Notes: generated from the sequence alone by a model not told the origin. A stretch of DNA of 64,000 bases from Oscillospiraceae bacterium (GCA_015067825.1 SVLQ01000011.1:32721-96720), one strand, 5' to 3'. Positions 1 to 9,193 are shown, counted from the first letter of the stretch. A program made the numbers and translations.

Positions 1-1
1 T

Positions 2-1525
2 AAGATCAATCAACTGCGCGCAGGCGTTATCCTCACGTATCTGTCGCTGGGGATCGGCTATCTGGTTTCGATGGTCTTCACGCCGGTGATGATCCGTATG
101 CTCGGCCAATCGGAATACGGGCTCTATACGCTGGTGTTGTCGATCGCGTCGTACTTAAATCTCCTGAACTTCGGCTTTGGCGCATCGTATATCCGTTTCT
201 ATGCGCGCTTCAAAGAAAACGGCACGCCTGAGGATATCCATCGCCTGAACGGCCTCTTTCTTTTGACGTTTGCCGTCATCGCGGCGGTGGCATTGGCCGC
301 CGGGCTGATCGTCGCCGAAAACGTCGATCTGCTGAAAAAAACGCTCACGCCCGACGAGGTCAGCCGGGCGACCGTTCTGATCCGCATTCTGGCGGTCAAC
401 CTGGCTTTTACGCTGGTTGCCAGCGTGTTCACCTCGTTTATCACCGCACAGGAGCGGTTTGTGTTCCAGAAAAGCGTGCAGATCTTCAAAAACCTGCTCT
501 CGCCGATCGGCATGCTCGTTATGCTGCTTCAGGGCTATGCGTCGCTCGGATTGGTTATCGTTACGCTCGCACTGACGGTTTTGACCGACGCGGTGAATAT
601 GTTCTACTGCGTAAAAAAACTGGGAATGCGCTTTCGCTTCCGCGGGCTGCAATGGAGCCTGTTCCGCGAGATCGCGGTGTTCTCGTCGTTTATCTTTATC
701 AATATTGTCGTCGACCAGATCAACTGGAACGTCGGCAATCTGCTGTTGGCGGCCTTCCACGGGACAATGCTCGTCTCCGTGTTTGGTTTGGCCTCGCAGC
801 TGAATAACTACTATGTTTCGTTTTCCACGGCAGTCTCGTCGGTTTTTGTACCAAAAGTCAATCGGCTGATCGCGCAGGATGCCAAAAGCGACCTCACCGA
901 CCTCTTTACGCGCGTCGGGCGCGTGCAGTTCTTGATTTTGATGCTCGTGTGCAGCGGATTTGCCATTTTCGGTAAGCCGTTTATCGCCCTGTGGGGCGGT
1001 GCGGGCTATGAAAACGCCTACTACGTGGCGCTGCTGCTGATCACATCGGTCACCGTGCCGTCGATCCAAAACGTCGGTATCGAGATCCAACGTGCGAAAA
1101 ATATGCACAAATTCCGCTCCGTTGTCTATTTGCTGATGGCGGTCGTCAATGTGCTGCTTGGGCTGGTGTTGTGCCCGCGCTACGGCGTGATCGGCTGTGC
1201 AATCGGCACGGCGGCTTCGTTGGTTTTGGGCAACGGCCTAATCATGAACATTTACTACCACAAAAAAATCGGACTCGATATGGTGCACTTCTGGAAGAGC
1301 ATGCTCTCGTTTGTGCCGGCGATGATCGCGCCGGTCGCCGTCGGTGTTGGGCTGATGCTGCTGGTCAAGCCTGCCGGTTGGCTGATGTTGGCCGTATGTG
1401 TGGCTGTTTACGCGGTTGTCTACGGTTTGTCGATGTGGTTGATCGGCATGAATGATTATGAAAAAGGTCTTGTGATGCGTCCTCTTGGCAAGATCCTGCG
1501 CCGACTGGGCGTGAATTTGAAATGA
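2..1525 (+). CDS. Polysaccharide/oligosaccharide flippase (Wzx, MOP superfamily); 5' end lies outside the window
   Basis: The frame is open from nt 2, with no stop before the M at 71. Hydrophobic segments run throughout. 'MLGQSEYGLYTLVLSIASYLNLLNFGFGASYIRFYAR' is typical of Wzx-type polysaccharide biosynthesis proteins. Confidence 0.8.
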   Translation, partial: KINQLRAGVILTYLSLGIGYLVSMVFTPVMIRMLGQSEYGLYTLVLSIASYLNLLNFGFGASYIRFYARFKENGTPEDIHRLNGLFLLTFAVIAAVALAAGLIVAENVDLLKKTLTPDEVSRATVLIRILAVNLAFTLVASVFTSFITAQERFVFQKSVQIFKNLLSPIGMLVMLLQGYASLGLVIVTLALTVLTDAVNMFYCVKKLGMRFRFRGLQWSLFREIAVFSSFIFINIVVDQINWNVGNLLLAAFHGTMLVSVFGLASQLNNYYVSFSTAVSSVFVPKVNRLIAQDAKSDLTDLFTRVGRVQFLILMLVCSGFAIFGKPFIALWGGAGYENAYYVALLLITSVTVPSIQNVGIEIQRAKNMHKFRSVVYLLMAVVNVLLGLVLCPRYGVIGCAIGTAASLVLGNGLIMNIYYHKKIGLDMVHFWKSMLSFVPAMIAPVAVGVGLMLLVKPAGWLMLAVCVAVYAVVYGLSMWLIGMNDYEKGLVMRPLGKILRRLGVNLK

Positions 1526-1538
1526 AAGGGTTGGGATC

Positions 1539-2693
1539 ATGCAGATTCCGCTGAACGATTTGTCACGCTGCAGCGGTTGCGGCGCATGTGCACAAAAATG
1601 CCCCCACGGTGCGATTGCCATGCAGCCCGATGCGGAAGGCTTTTTCCGTCCGCAGACCGATGCGCAAAAATGTGTCGACTGCGGCTTGTGTGCGGCTGTC
1701 TGCCCGGTCAATGATCCGCCCAAGCTTCGGGAGACACCGACTGCGTTTGCGGCGTACAGTCAAAATACAGAGCTTCGCCGCGTTTCGTCGTCCGGAGGCG
1801 TGTTTTCCGAACTGGCGGCACAGATTTTGGCGCGCGGCGGTGCGGTCATCGGTGCGGCGATGGCACCCGACGGTGTGGTGCGCCACCGCGTGATTGAGTC
1901 GGAGGCAGAGCTTGAAGTGCTGCGCGGTTCCAAATATGTGCAGAGCGAAGCTTGGCATACCTATCCGACGGTCCGCAAACTGTTGGAAAGCGGCAGGGAA
2001 GTGCTTTTTTCGGGGACGCCCTGCCAGGTCAACGGTCTCTCGAAATACCTCGGCAAAGCCCACGAAAAGCTCATCTTGGTCGATATCATCTGCCACGGCG
2101 TGCCGTCTCCGAAGGCGTGGAATGCGTATGTTGCGCAACGGCAGCAGACTGCCGGATCGACGATAGCTGCGGTCAATTTCCGCAGCAAAACCAGCGGCTG
2201 GGCGAACTATCAGCTGCAAATCCGCTTTGAAAACGGCACGACCTACGAAAAAGATCGGCAGACCGATCCGTTTATGCGGGCGTTTTTGAAAAATGCGATT
2301 CTGCGTCCCTCGTGCCATCAGTGTGCGAGCAAGGGCGCACAGCGCGCGTCGGATCTCACGCTCGCTGATTTTTGGGGCGTTACGCGCTGCATCCCGGAGT
2401 TGGATGCGTATGACGGGGTATCGCTCGTGCTGATCAATACGCCCAAGGGTGCAGCCCTGCTCGATTCCTGCGGCAGTAACCTTGTTATGAAAGAAACCGA
2501 GGTGGAAAAAGCGCTTGAGGCGAACAGTGCTTACCGTCAGTCGGCTGCGGCCTCGCCCGCCCGCGATGCGTTTTTTGCCGGACTCGATTCCACCCCGTTT
2601 GACGTGCTTTCCGCCCGCTATTGCCGGGATCGGCTGAGCGAAAAGTTGCGCCGCCTCGCCGGTGCGGTCAAACGTCGGATCTTCAGACGATAG
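1539..2693 (+). CDS. FrhB-like (coenzyme F420 hydrogenase/dehydrogenase beta-subunit family) 4Fe-4S protein of polysaccharide loci
   Basis: Two ferredoxin-type motifs are present: 'CSGCGACAQKCP' and 'CVDCGLCAAVCP'. The remainder resembles the FrhB N/C domains that usually accompany polysaccharide pyruvyl transferases. Sits 13 nt downstream of the flippase. Confidence 0.7.
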   Translation: MQIPLNDLSRCSGCGACAQKCPHGAIAMQPDAEGFFRPQTDAQKCVDCGLCAAVCPVNDPPKLRETPTAFAAYSQNTELRRVSSSGGVFSELAAQILARGGAVIGAAMAPDGVVRHRVIESEAELEVLRGSKYVQSEAWHTYPTVRKLLESGREVLFSGTPCQVNGLSKYLGKAHEKLILVDIICHGVPSPKAWNAYVAQRQQTAGSTIAAVNFRSKTSGWANYQLQIRFENGTTYEKDRQTDPFMRAFLKNAILRPSCHQCASKGAQRASDLTLADFWGVTRCIPELDAYDGVSLVLINTPKGAALLDSCGSNLVMKETEVEKALEANSAYRQSAAASPARDAFFAGLDSTPFDVLSARYCRDRLSEKLRRLAGAVKRRIFRR

Positions 2694-2701
2694 GAGCAAC
2701 G

Positions 2702-3445
2702 ATGGAACGTCTTGATGAACGCGCTTATTCCTACGCCGTTCCCACGGGTCTGGCGATGTACAACGCGCGCGGTGCGTTTTATCCCGCGGCGCTGCAGCGG
2801 ATGGCCGTCGGCGTGATCGAAGCCCATCTGGAGCAGATCGGCTGGGATGCGCCGAAGCTTGTACGCGAGCACGGGCTCTCTTGGGTACTGCTTTCGTTCT
2901 CGGCGGAAGTGCGGAAACCGCTTTCGCCCGATGCGGTCTACCGCGCCCAAACGTGGCATACCCATTCCCAAGGCCCTGTTTTTCGCCGTGAGTTCTGCTT
3001 TGTCGATCAGAATGGCGAGATTGCCGTCGTCGGTGCGACTTTTTCTTCGCTCCTCGACGTCAAAAAGCACCGCCTCTGCATCGACCGCGCGATCCTTGCG
3101 CAGTTCCAAAAGGTCGAACGCGAAACGCTTCTGGAGGCGGAATATCGTTACCGCCAAACGCCGCCGTTTGAACCGGTAGAGACGCGAACGGTGCGGCCGA
3201 GCTGGATCGACGGGCTGGGGCACGTCAACAATATGCGTTACGCCGACCTCGCCTACGATGCGCTGACGGCAGAGGAACGCGAGAAGGTCGATCACTTCAC
3301 GCGCATGGACGTGTGGTTCCTGCGCGAACTGACCGCTGACGCTGTTTTCACGATGGAAAAATACGGCGAAGAAAACGCAGTCACGCTGCGCGGTGTCATC
3401 GATGACGGCGGAAAACCGTCGTTTGTCGTGAGGCTGGCGTTCTGA
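2702..3445 (+). CDS. Acyl-ACP thioesterase-like hotdog-fold protein
   Basis: Start moved to ATG 2702 (RBS 'GGAG' 6 nt upstream, just after the FrhB-like stop at 2691-2693). 'SWIDGLGHVNNMRYADLAYDAL' and the two-hotdog length (247 aa) fit the acyl-ACP thioesterase family. Confidence 0.65.
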   Translation: MERLDERAYSYAVPTGLAMYNARGAFYPAALQRMAVGVIEAHLEQIGWDAPKLVREHGLSWVLLSFSAEVRKPLSPDAVYRAQTWHTHSQGPVFRREFCFVDQNGEIAVVGATFSSLLDVKKHRLCIDRAILAQFQKVERETLLEAEYRYRQTPPFEPVETRTVRPSWIDGLGHVNNMRYADLAYDALTAEEREKVDHFTRMDVWFLRELTADAVFTMEKYGEENAVTLRGVIDDGGKPSFVVRLAF

Positions 3446-3459
3446 AAGGAGACGCAATC

Positions 3460-3972
3460 ATGGATTTGAAAATTCTTCCGCTGGAAGGAATCTCGATCAA
3501 CGGTTCCGTTCTCGCTTTTGGTATGACGCGGGCGGAGACGGAAGCGGTGCTCGGCGTTGGGGAAACGGTCGGTACTCGTTGTTATTACGAGAACGGCGAG
3601 TTGGCGGTCGATTTTGATGCCGACGATCGCGTTGCGTTTATCGAGTTTCTGGGCGGGATCGACGGGAATTTGCAGCCGACGCTCGACGGAATCTTCGTCT
3701 TTTCGGCCGATGCAAACGAGGTGGAAGCGCTTCTCCGTCGGAAAAATTGCGATGGCGGCGAGACCTCGGAGCAAGGGTACGCCGTGCGGTTTCATGCGAT
3801 CAGCGTGGGCGTATACCGCGAGATCACCCCGGACGACGTGCGGGAAATGATCGCAGAAATGCAGGCGAGCGGAATTCCGACCGCGCAAAACGAAGACCTG
3901 CTGGCCGACCAGCGCCGCGCGTCGCATTGGGCGACGGTCGGACTGGGCCGAGCCGGCTATTATAGTGCTTAA
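3460..3972 (+). CDS. Hypothetical protein (170 aa), no recognisable domain
   Basis: RBS 'AAAGGAG' upstream of the ATG. Codon usage looks like the neighbouring genes. A strong terminator follows. Confidence 0.55.
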   Translation: MDLKILPLEGISINGSVLAFGMTRAETEAVLGVGETVGTRCYYENGELAVDFDADDRVAFIEFLGGIDGNLQPTLDGIFVFSADANEVEALLRRKNCDGGETSEQGYAVRFHAISVGVYREITPDDVREMIAEMQASGIPTAQNEDLLADQRRASHWATVGLGRAGYYSA

Positions 3973-3985
3973 ATATCTTCCCGCG

Positions 3986-4017
3986 AAAGCGAGCATCTTT
4001 TGATGCTCGCTTTTTTT
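3986..4017 (+). terminator. Rho-independent terminator
   Basis: Arms AAAGCGAGCATC / GATGCTCGCTTT with a TTTT loop, followed by a T-run. Confidence 0.8.
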
Positions 4018-4086
4018 GCTGCCAAAAGAGACAGATTGTGCGCTTTCGTGCGCGTATAATAGAGGTGCGGACGAAAGGAATTGGCT

Positions 4087-4935
4087 ATGGTGATCTATCT
4101 CGACGTACTTTTGGCGATCAACGGGATCGTCGATTACATATTGCTGCGCGCTGCCGCCAAGCTGACGGGGCATCCGCGCAACCGGCTGCGGATCTTGCTC
4201 GGTGCGGTAGTCGGTGCGATCTATGCGGCGGTCGTTTGTCTGCCGGGACTTGCGTGGCTCGGCCATTGGGGGTTGAAGCTCGCCGTCGGCATCGGAATGG
4301 CGCTGATCGTATTTGGGTGGAACCGCGGCAGCGTGCGCAAAACGCTGACGTTCTTTTTGTTGGCAGCGCTTTTGGGCGGCGTGGTTTTTGCGCTGTCGCA
4401 GATCTCCGGCGGTGCGCTACAGCTTTACCACGGTGCAGTCTACGCCGACGTCTCGCTGCCGCTTTTGACGGCGGCAGTCGGTGCGGTCTATTTGCTTCTG
4501 ACGTGGATGTCTTCTGCGGTCCTTCGGCGGGAACAGTCGGAGCGGCACATCGTTTCGGTGCGGGTCGGGCTCTGCGGGCGCGAGAGCGCGTTTTCGGCGC
4601 TCGTCGATACCGGGTGCCTCGTTACCGATCCGCTGACCTCGCGCCCTGTGGTGGTTGCTGCTGCCGATGCACTTGCTCCGCTGCTGCCGCAGCGATTGCT
4701 TGCCGACTGGCACAGCGGCGGCGATCCGGTCGATCTGATCGCCGCATACGGCGGTGAGCTGCACCTGCGCCCGATTTTTTGCCGCGGAATCGGCGGCGAG
4801 CAGATCCTGCCGGCCTTCCAGCCGACGGAACTGACTGTCGACGGCCGTGCGTGTGACGCCGTGATCGCGCTCAGCCTGCACGGGTTCGACGGCGAAAATG
4901 CATTTTCGGCAGTAATCCACGCCGATGCCGTGTGA
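4087..4935 (+). CDS. spoIIGA: Sigma-E processing peptidase SpoIIGA
   Basis: 'MVIYLDVLLAINGIVDYILL' matches the SpoIIGA N-terminus. Membrane segments are present and the aspartic-protease motif is 'LVDTGC'. ATG 4087 has 'AAGGAA' 6 nt upstream. Lies directly upstream of sigE. Confidence 0.9.
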   Translation: MVIYLDVLLAINGIVDYILLRAAAKLTGHPRNRLRILLGAVVGAIYAAVVCLPGLAWLGHWGLKLAVGIGMALIVFGWNRGSVRKTLTFFLLAALLGGVVFALSQISGGALQLYHGAVYADVSLPLLTAAVGAVYLLLTWMSSAVLRREQSERHIVSVRVGLCGRESAFSALVDTGCLVTDPLTSRPVVVAAADALAPLLPQRLLADWHSGGDPVDLIAAYGGELHLRPIFCRGIGGEQILPAFQPTELTVDGRACDAVIALSLHGFDGENAFSAVIHADAV

Positions 4936-4966
4936 AACGAAAAACAAACGAAAGTAGGGAACAACG

Positions 4967-5689
4967 ATGCGAAAACTGTGGGTACGCTTGCGACGGGCCT
5001 TCTATCGGTTGGGGATGCACCTCGGAATCGGCGTGCCGGAAGTGGTCTGGTACATCGGCGGAAGTGAGTCGCTGCCGCCGCCGCTGACGGCCGAAGAGGA
5101 ACACTATCTGCTCACGCGCTTTTACGACGACCACAAAGCCGTGCGCCGTGTTCTGATCGAACGCAATCTGCGTTTGGTGGTCTATATCGCGCGGAAGTTT
5201 GAAAATACGGGCATCCATATCGAAGACCTGATCTCCATCGGCACGATCGGCCTGATCAAAGCGATCAACACCTTTCGCCCCGAAAAAAATATCAAGCTCG
5301 CGACCTATGCCTCGCGCTGCATCGAAAACGAGATCTTGATGTTTCTGCGCAAAAATTCCAACAGAAAAGGCGAAGTCTCGATCGACGAACCGCTGAACGT
5401 CGATTGGGACGGCAACGAGCTGCTTTTGTCGGACGTTTTGAGCGGAGACGAAGACGAGGCGATCCATCTTCTGGAAGAGGAGGTCGACCGTCAACTGCTG
5501 CAAAAGGCGGTCAAACGCCTCTCCGAGCGCGAACAGCTCATCATTTCGATGCGTTTTGGTCTGGACGGCAAGCGCGAGCAGACGCAAAAAGAAGTCGCCG
5601 ATCTGCTCGGCATTTCGCAGTCCTATATCTCAAGGCTCGAAAAACGGATTATTGCGCGATTGAAAAACGAGATTCTGCGCGAGCTCTGA
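4967..5689 (+). CDS. sigE: RNA polymerase sporulation sigma factor E (pro-sigma-E)
   Basis: Near-identical blocks to B. subtilis SigE: '[12 protein letters not shown]', '[20 protein letters not shown]', '[17 protein letters not shown]', '[15 protein letters not shown]'. Confidence 0.95.
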   Translation: MRKLWVRLRRAFYRLGMHLGIGVPEVVWYIGGSESLPPPLTAEEEHYLLTRFYDDHKAVRRVLIERNLRLVVYIARKFENTGIHIEDLISIGTIGLIKAINTFRPEKNIKLATYASRCIENEILMFLRKNSNRKGEVSIDEPLNVDWDGNELLLSDVLSGDEDEAIHLLEEEVDRQLLQKAVKRLSEREQLIISMRFGLDGKREQTQKEVADLLGISQSYISRLEKRIIARLKNEILREL

Positions 5690-5701
5690 ACCCGTCAAAC
5701 G

Positions 5702-5731
5702 GTATGACCCGGCTGCCCTATGGCAATAATA
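5702..5731 (+). promoter_or_regulatory. Forespore (sigma-F/sigma-G type) promoter candidate for sigG
   Basis: GTATG (5702-5706), a 15-nt spacer, then GGCAATAATA (5722-5731). This resembles the GyATr-N15-GGnnAnAnTA pattern of sigma-F-dependent promoters. Sits 40 nt upstream of the sigG start. Confidence 0.45.
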
Positions 5732-5771
5732 GGATCAGTGATCCGAATTTGCAGAAGGGCGGTACGAATTT

Positions 5772-6545
5772 GTGGCGAATAACAAGGTTGTGATCTGCGG
5801 CGTCAATACCTCCAGCCTGAAGGTGCTGAAAAACGAAGAAATCGAGCGTTTGCTGCGCCTGACAAAAAACGGCGACAAAGCCGCACGCGAAGCGCTGATC
5901 TCGGGCAATCTGCGGCTGGTGCTGTCGGTGATCCAGCGCTTTACCGGCCGCGGCGAGGCGCCGGACGATTTGTTTCAGGTCGGCTGCATCGGTCTGATGA
6001 AAGCGATCGATAATTTTGATATCACGCTCGATGTGCGCTTTTCGACCTATGCCGTGCCCATGATCATTGGCGAACTGCGGCGTTTCCTGCGCGATAACAG
6101 CGCACTGCGCGTCAGCCGTTCTCTCCGCGACACTGCCTACAAAGCGCTGCAGATCCGCGAACGCCTGACCTGCGAGCAAAAACGTGAACCGACGATCGAC
6201 GAGATCGCCAAACTGATGGAGATGAAAAAAGAGGACGTCGTCTTTGCGCTCGATGCGATCAGCGATCCCGTGTCGCTTTTCGAGCCGGTCTATTCCGACG
6301 GCAACGACACAGTATGCGTGATGGATCAGGTCAGCGATACCGAGAATACCGACGAGGCGTGGATCGAACACGTCGCCTTGAACGAAGCCATCGACCGCCT
6401 CTCCGAACGCGAAAAAAAGATCCTCTCCATGCGCTTCTACGACGGCAAGACCCAAAACGAGGTCTCCAAAGCCATCGGCATCAGCCAAGCACAGGTATCG
6501 CGCTTGGAAAAAGGTGCGTTGGAGCGGATCCGGAAGAATTTGTAA
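5772..6545 (+). CDS. sigG: RNA polymerase sporulation sigma factor G
   Basis: GTG start. 'NKVVICGVNTSSLKVLKNEE', 'GNLRLVLSVIQRF', 'DDLFQVGCIGLMKAIDNFD', 'FSTYAVPMIIGELRRFLRDN' and 'GISQAQVSRLEK' closely match B. subtilis SigG. Confidence 0.95.
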   Translation: MANNKVVICGVNTSSLKVLKNEEIERLLRLTKNGDKAAREALISGNLRLVLSVIQRFTGRGEAPDDLFQVGCIGLMKAIDNFDITLDVRFSTYAVPMIIGELRRFLRDNSALRVSRSLRDTAYKALQIRERLTCEQKREPTIDEIAKLMEMKKEDVVFALDAISDPVSLFEPVYSDGNDTVCVMDQVSDTENTDEAWIEHVALNEAIDRLSEREKKILSMRFYDGKTQNEVSKAIGISQAQVSRLEKGALERIRKNL

Positions 6546-6603
6546 GGAAGTGGCCGCGAACAGTATGGAGCGTTCTTTCGGGTAATATACTTCCGCTCAG
6601 CAG

Positions 6604-6643
6604 AAAAGAGACAGAGAATGTTTTTGTATTCTCTGTCTTTTTT
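6604..6643 (+). terminator. Rho-independent terminator of sigG
   Basis: Arms AAAAGAGACAGAGAAT / ATTCTCTGTCTTTT followed by a T-run. Confidence 0.8.
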
Positions 6644-6812
6644 CTTGGTGAGCATGATATCATTTACGAAGCAGTTTCTTATTTGTATTGTGTTTGCTTT
6701 GGGGTAGACCAATTCACCGCCTTATGATATAATGATATAAAAAAATATGAACCCCCCCCTAACCGTTTCATCTTTCCAACGACTATATGTATGAAGGCGC
6801 CTGAAAACGGAA

Positions 6813-8399
6813 ATGGAGAAACAAATGGATCGTATAAAACTGGAACAACTGATCACTGAAAATATGCAGTCGATCTTCGGTTTTGCTTTGACAAGACTTG
6901 GGAACATAGCGGAAGCAGAAAGCTTGGCGAGCAATATTCTGTATGAAATGATTCGGTCGGCACCCAAGCTAAAAGATGAAGAACGTTTTTACGGCTTTAT
7001 GTGGAAAGTTGCGGAGCATGTTTACGTGGACTACCTTCGCCAAAAGACGAAAAATACGAGCCGTACAGCAGAACTTGATGAAAGTGTTGCCGATGAATCC
7101 GGGTCTGCTTTGGATGAAATCGTCCAAAAGGAGGAACTGAATCTTCTGCGGCGCGAACTCTCGCTATTATCAAAGCAATACCGTGAAGCAACCGTTTTAT
7201 ACTATATCGAAAACCTCTCCTGTTCCGAAGTAGCGGAAAAGTTGCAGATCAGTACGGAAATGGTAAAGTATTATTTGTTCCGTGCGAGAAAAATTATCAG
7301 AGAGGGTATGAATATGGAAAGATTATACGGTGAAAAAAGCTATCGTCCCAATATTTTTGAGATCGATTTTTGGGGAACAAAAGCAGGCGATGATCGGGAA
7401 TACCGTGATTTTCAACGCAGAAAGATCAAAGGGAATATTTTGCTTGCGGCATATTACAGTCCGGTAACGATCCAGGAAATCAGTATAGAGCTCGGGGTTG
7501 CACTTCCTTATCTCGAAGACGAGATCAAACTGCTCATTGACCGACAGTATCTTGTCTGCAACAACGGAAGGTATCTGACGAACATCCCTATCTTCACACT
7601 TGATTGCACGAAAAACATTGACGGAAAGCTGAAAGAACTTACCGAGGTCACTGCTGAGAGGTTTATCTCAGTGGCAGATGAATTTGAGGCATGTTTCGGA
7701 GAACGCTTTTCTAATGAAAATCTTGCTCGTTGGCAAAAGATTCTCTTGTGTCTTCATTGGTCTCTGATTGATACCGAAAACGATTTGTCGACGAACTACG
7801 GAGAGTTGCCTAATGATGGTCCTTATTCTCTTGTAAACGGCGGTGGAGGAAGTGGAATTATTTGGGGCAGAAGTACAGAAAATGTTGTAGGTGATAAACT
7901 TCCAAAAGGAATCCAAGGCATTTATAACGGTGCTCCCTCTGGTGATGGTCGTGGTAGCGTGATTGCAATGAATTTTAGACAAACACTAAATGCACAGCAC
8001 TTTGAAGGACAAATGACTGATCCTATAGTTTGCACAGCGGTTGATTGCCTTGATTATTTGCCAAAGGATTGGAATGAACGTCTTACTAAGCTCGGATACG
8101 CTTATAACGGGAAAGCGAATTTCGCCGTGTGGACAGTTGAAGAGTACCATAAGCTTCGTGAAATTCTGGGGGAATGTACTTCTATTGTATCGGAACTGGA
8201 TCGCAAGACTTCTGAAATTGCTGCAACCGTAACTGCGGATCTTGCGCCTTCTCATATCCGTAAAACCGCAGAATACGTTGGAGCATTTGTCTATTGCTTC
8301 TATTCAGCGGATAAATTGGTAAAGAAGCTATACGAAATGAACTGGATCAAAGCTGTCGGAGATCATGAAAAGCCGGCCATTTGTGTTGTAAAGAACTAA
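6813..8399 (+). CDS. ECF-type sigma-70 family factor fused to a ~350-aa soluble C-terminal domain
   Basis: The N-terminal ~175 aa carry sigma-2/sigma-4 features ('FYGFMWKVAEHVYVDYLR', 'LSKQYREATVLYYIENLSCSEVAEKLQISTEMVKYYLFRARKII'). The rest has no TM helix. The start may be the second ATG at 6825, which has 'GGAG' 6 nt upstream. GC is visibly low. Confidence 0.8.
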   Translation: MEKQMDRIKLEQLITENMQSIFGFALTRLGNIAEAESLASNILYEMIRSAPKLKDEERFYGFMWKVAEHVYVDYLRQKTKNTSRTAELDESVADESGSALDEIVQKEELNLLRRELSLLSKQYREATVLYYIENLSCSEVAEKLQISTEMVKYYLFRARKIIREGMNMERLYGEKSYRPNIFEIDFWGTKAGDDREYRDFQRRKIKGNILLAAYYSPVTIQEISIELGVALPYLEDEIKLLIDRQYLVCNNGRYLTNIPIFTLDCTKNIDGKLKELTEVTAERFISVADEFEACFGERFSNENLARWQKILLCLHWSLIDTENDLSTNYGELPNDGPYSLVNGGGGSGIIWGRSTENVVGDKLPKGIQGIYNGAPSGDGRGSVIAMNFRQTLNAQHFEGQMTDPIVCTAVDCLDYLPKDWNERLTKLGYAYNGKANFAVWTVEEYHKLREILGECTSIVSELDRKTSEIAATVTADLAPSHIRKTAEYVGAFVYCFYSADKLVKKLYEMNWIKAVGDHEKPAICVVKN

Positions 8400-8404
8400 A
8401 TAAA

Positions 8405-8438
8405 GCCGCCGCCGTGAGAACACATTACTCGCGGCGGC
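8405..8438. terminator. Bidirectional hairpin between the convergent ECF-fusion gene and sigF
   Basis: 8-bp GC stem GCCGCCGC / GCGGCGGC with an 18-nt loop. A/T-rich runs flank both sides. Confidence 0.5.
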
Positions 8439-8488
8439 AGTTTGTATATATCGTTCTTTGTTGTTTTGCTGCATACTGTTCGCGGATT

Positions 8489-9193
8489 TTATGCGAAGTG
8501 CGTTTTCAACTCGTTCAGTCCGCTGCGCTCGATCCGCGAGATCTGCACCTGGCTGACGCCGAAGAGTGGGGCGATCTTTTGCTGCGAGAGGCCGCGGACG
8601 TAACGGAGCTCTAAGATCCGGCGTGTCCGCGGCGGCAGATGGGCGAGGGCGTGTTCCACCGCGAGCCGTTCGAGCAAACGATCTTCTGCCGGTTCGGGGT
8701 CGGCGAGGGAAGCGAGCAGATCGGTCTCGCTGTCATCGTGTACGATCTGCGGCAATTGTACGATCTCCTCGGGATCGATGCCGGTTGCGGCGGAAAGCTC
8801 GGAGAGCGTCGGTTCGCGGCCGAGCCGATGCGAGAGGGATTCCCGTGCAGCGGCGGTGCGGGCGGCCGTTTCTTTGAGGCTGCGGCTGACCTTGATCGGC
8901 CCGTCATCGCGCAGATATCGGCGGATCTCGCCGATCATCTTGGGGACGGCGTAGGTGGAAAACCGGTAGTTGAGCGAAGCGTCGAATTCGCGGATCGCCT
9001 TCCAAAGGCCGATCGATGCGAGCTGGAAAAGATCGTCCTCGTCGATCCCGCTGTCGCATGCCCTTTTGCCAAATCGGCCGACGACGGCGCGGATCAGTCC
9101 GCCGTTGCGCGCGATGAGTTCTTCGGCGGCTGCGCGGCTGCCGCTTTGCGCCGCGGCGATCAAAGCGAGCGGGGCGTAATCGGTTGCGTTCAT
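8489..9193 (-). CDS. sigF: RNA polymerase sporulation sigma factor F
   Basis: Third gene of a spoIIAA-spoIIAB-sigF operon. Start placed at ATG 9193, which overlaps the spoIIAB stop as ATGA. 'FSTYAVPKMIGEIRRYLRDDGPIKVSRSLKE' and 'GVSQVQISRIER' are group-3 sigma blocks. Confidence 0.85.
   Translation of the reverse strand: MNATDYAPLALIAAAQSGSRAAAEELIARNGGLIRAVVGRFGKRACDSGIDEDDLFQLASIGLWKAIREFDASLNYRFSTYAVPKMIGEIRRYLRDDGPIKVSRSLKETAARTAAARESLSHRLGREPTLSELSAATGIDPEEIVQLPQIVHDDSETDLLASLADPEPAEDRLLERLAVEHALAHLPPRTRRILELRYVRGLSQQKIAPLFGVSQVQISRIERSGLNELKTHFA

Noticed and set aside
3973-4086. Spo0A-dependent spoIIG-type promoter upstream of spoIIGA (AGACAG, ~20 nt, then TATAAT at 4053-4058, with a GTGCGC direct repeat).
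   Set aside because: No convincing 0A box (TGNCGAA) is present. The -35 assignment and spacing are speculative.
6682-8473. Imperfect direct repeats (TTTGTATTGTGTTTGCT at 6682-6698 and CTTTGTTGTTTTGCT at 8459-8473) as target-site duplications of the ECF island.
   Set aside because: The repeats are T-rich, short and degenerate, and no integrase or transposase is present. Chance similarity cannot be excluded.
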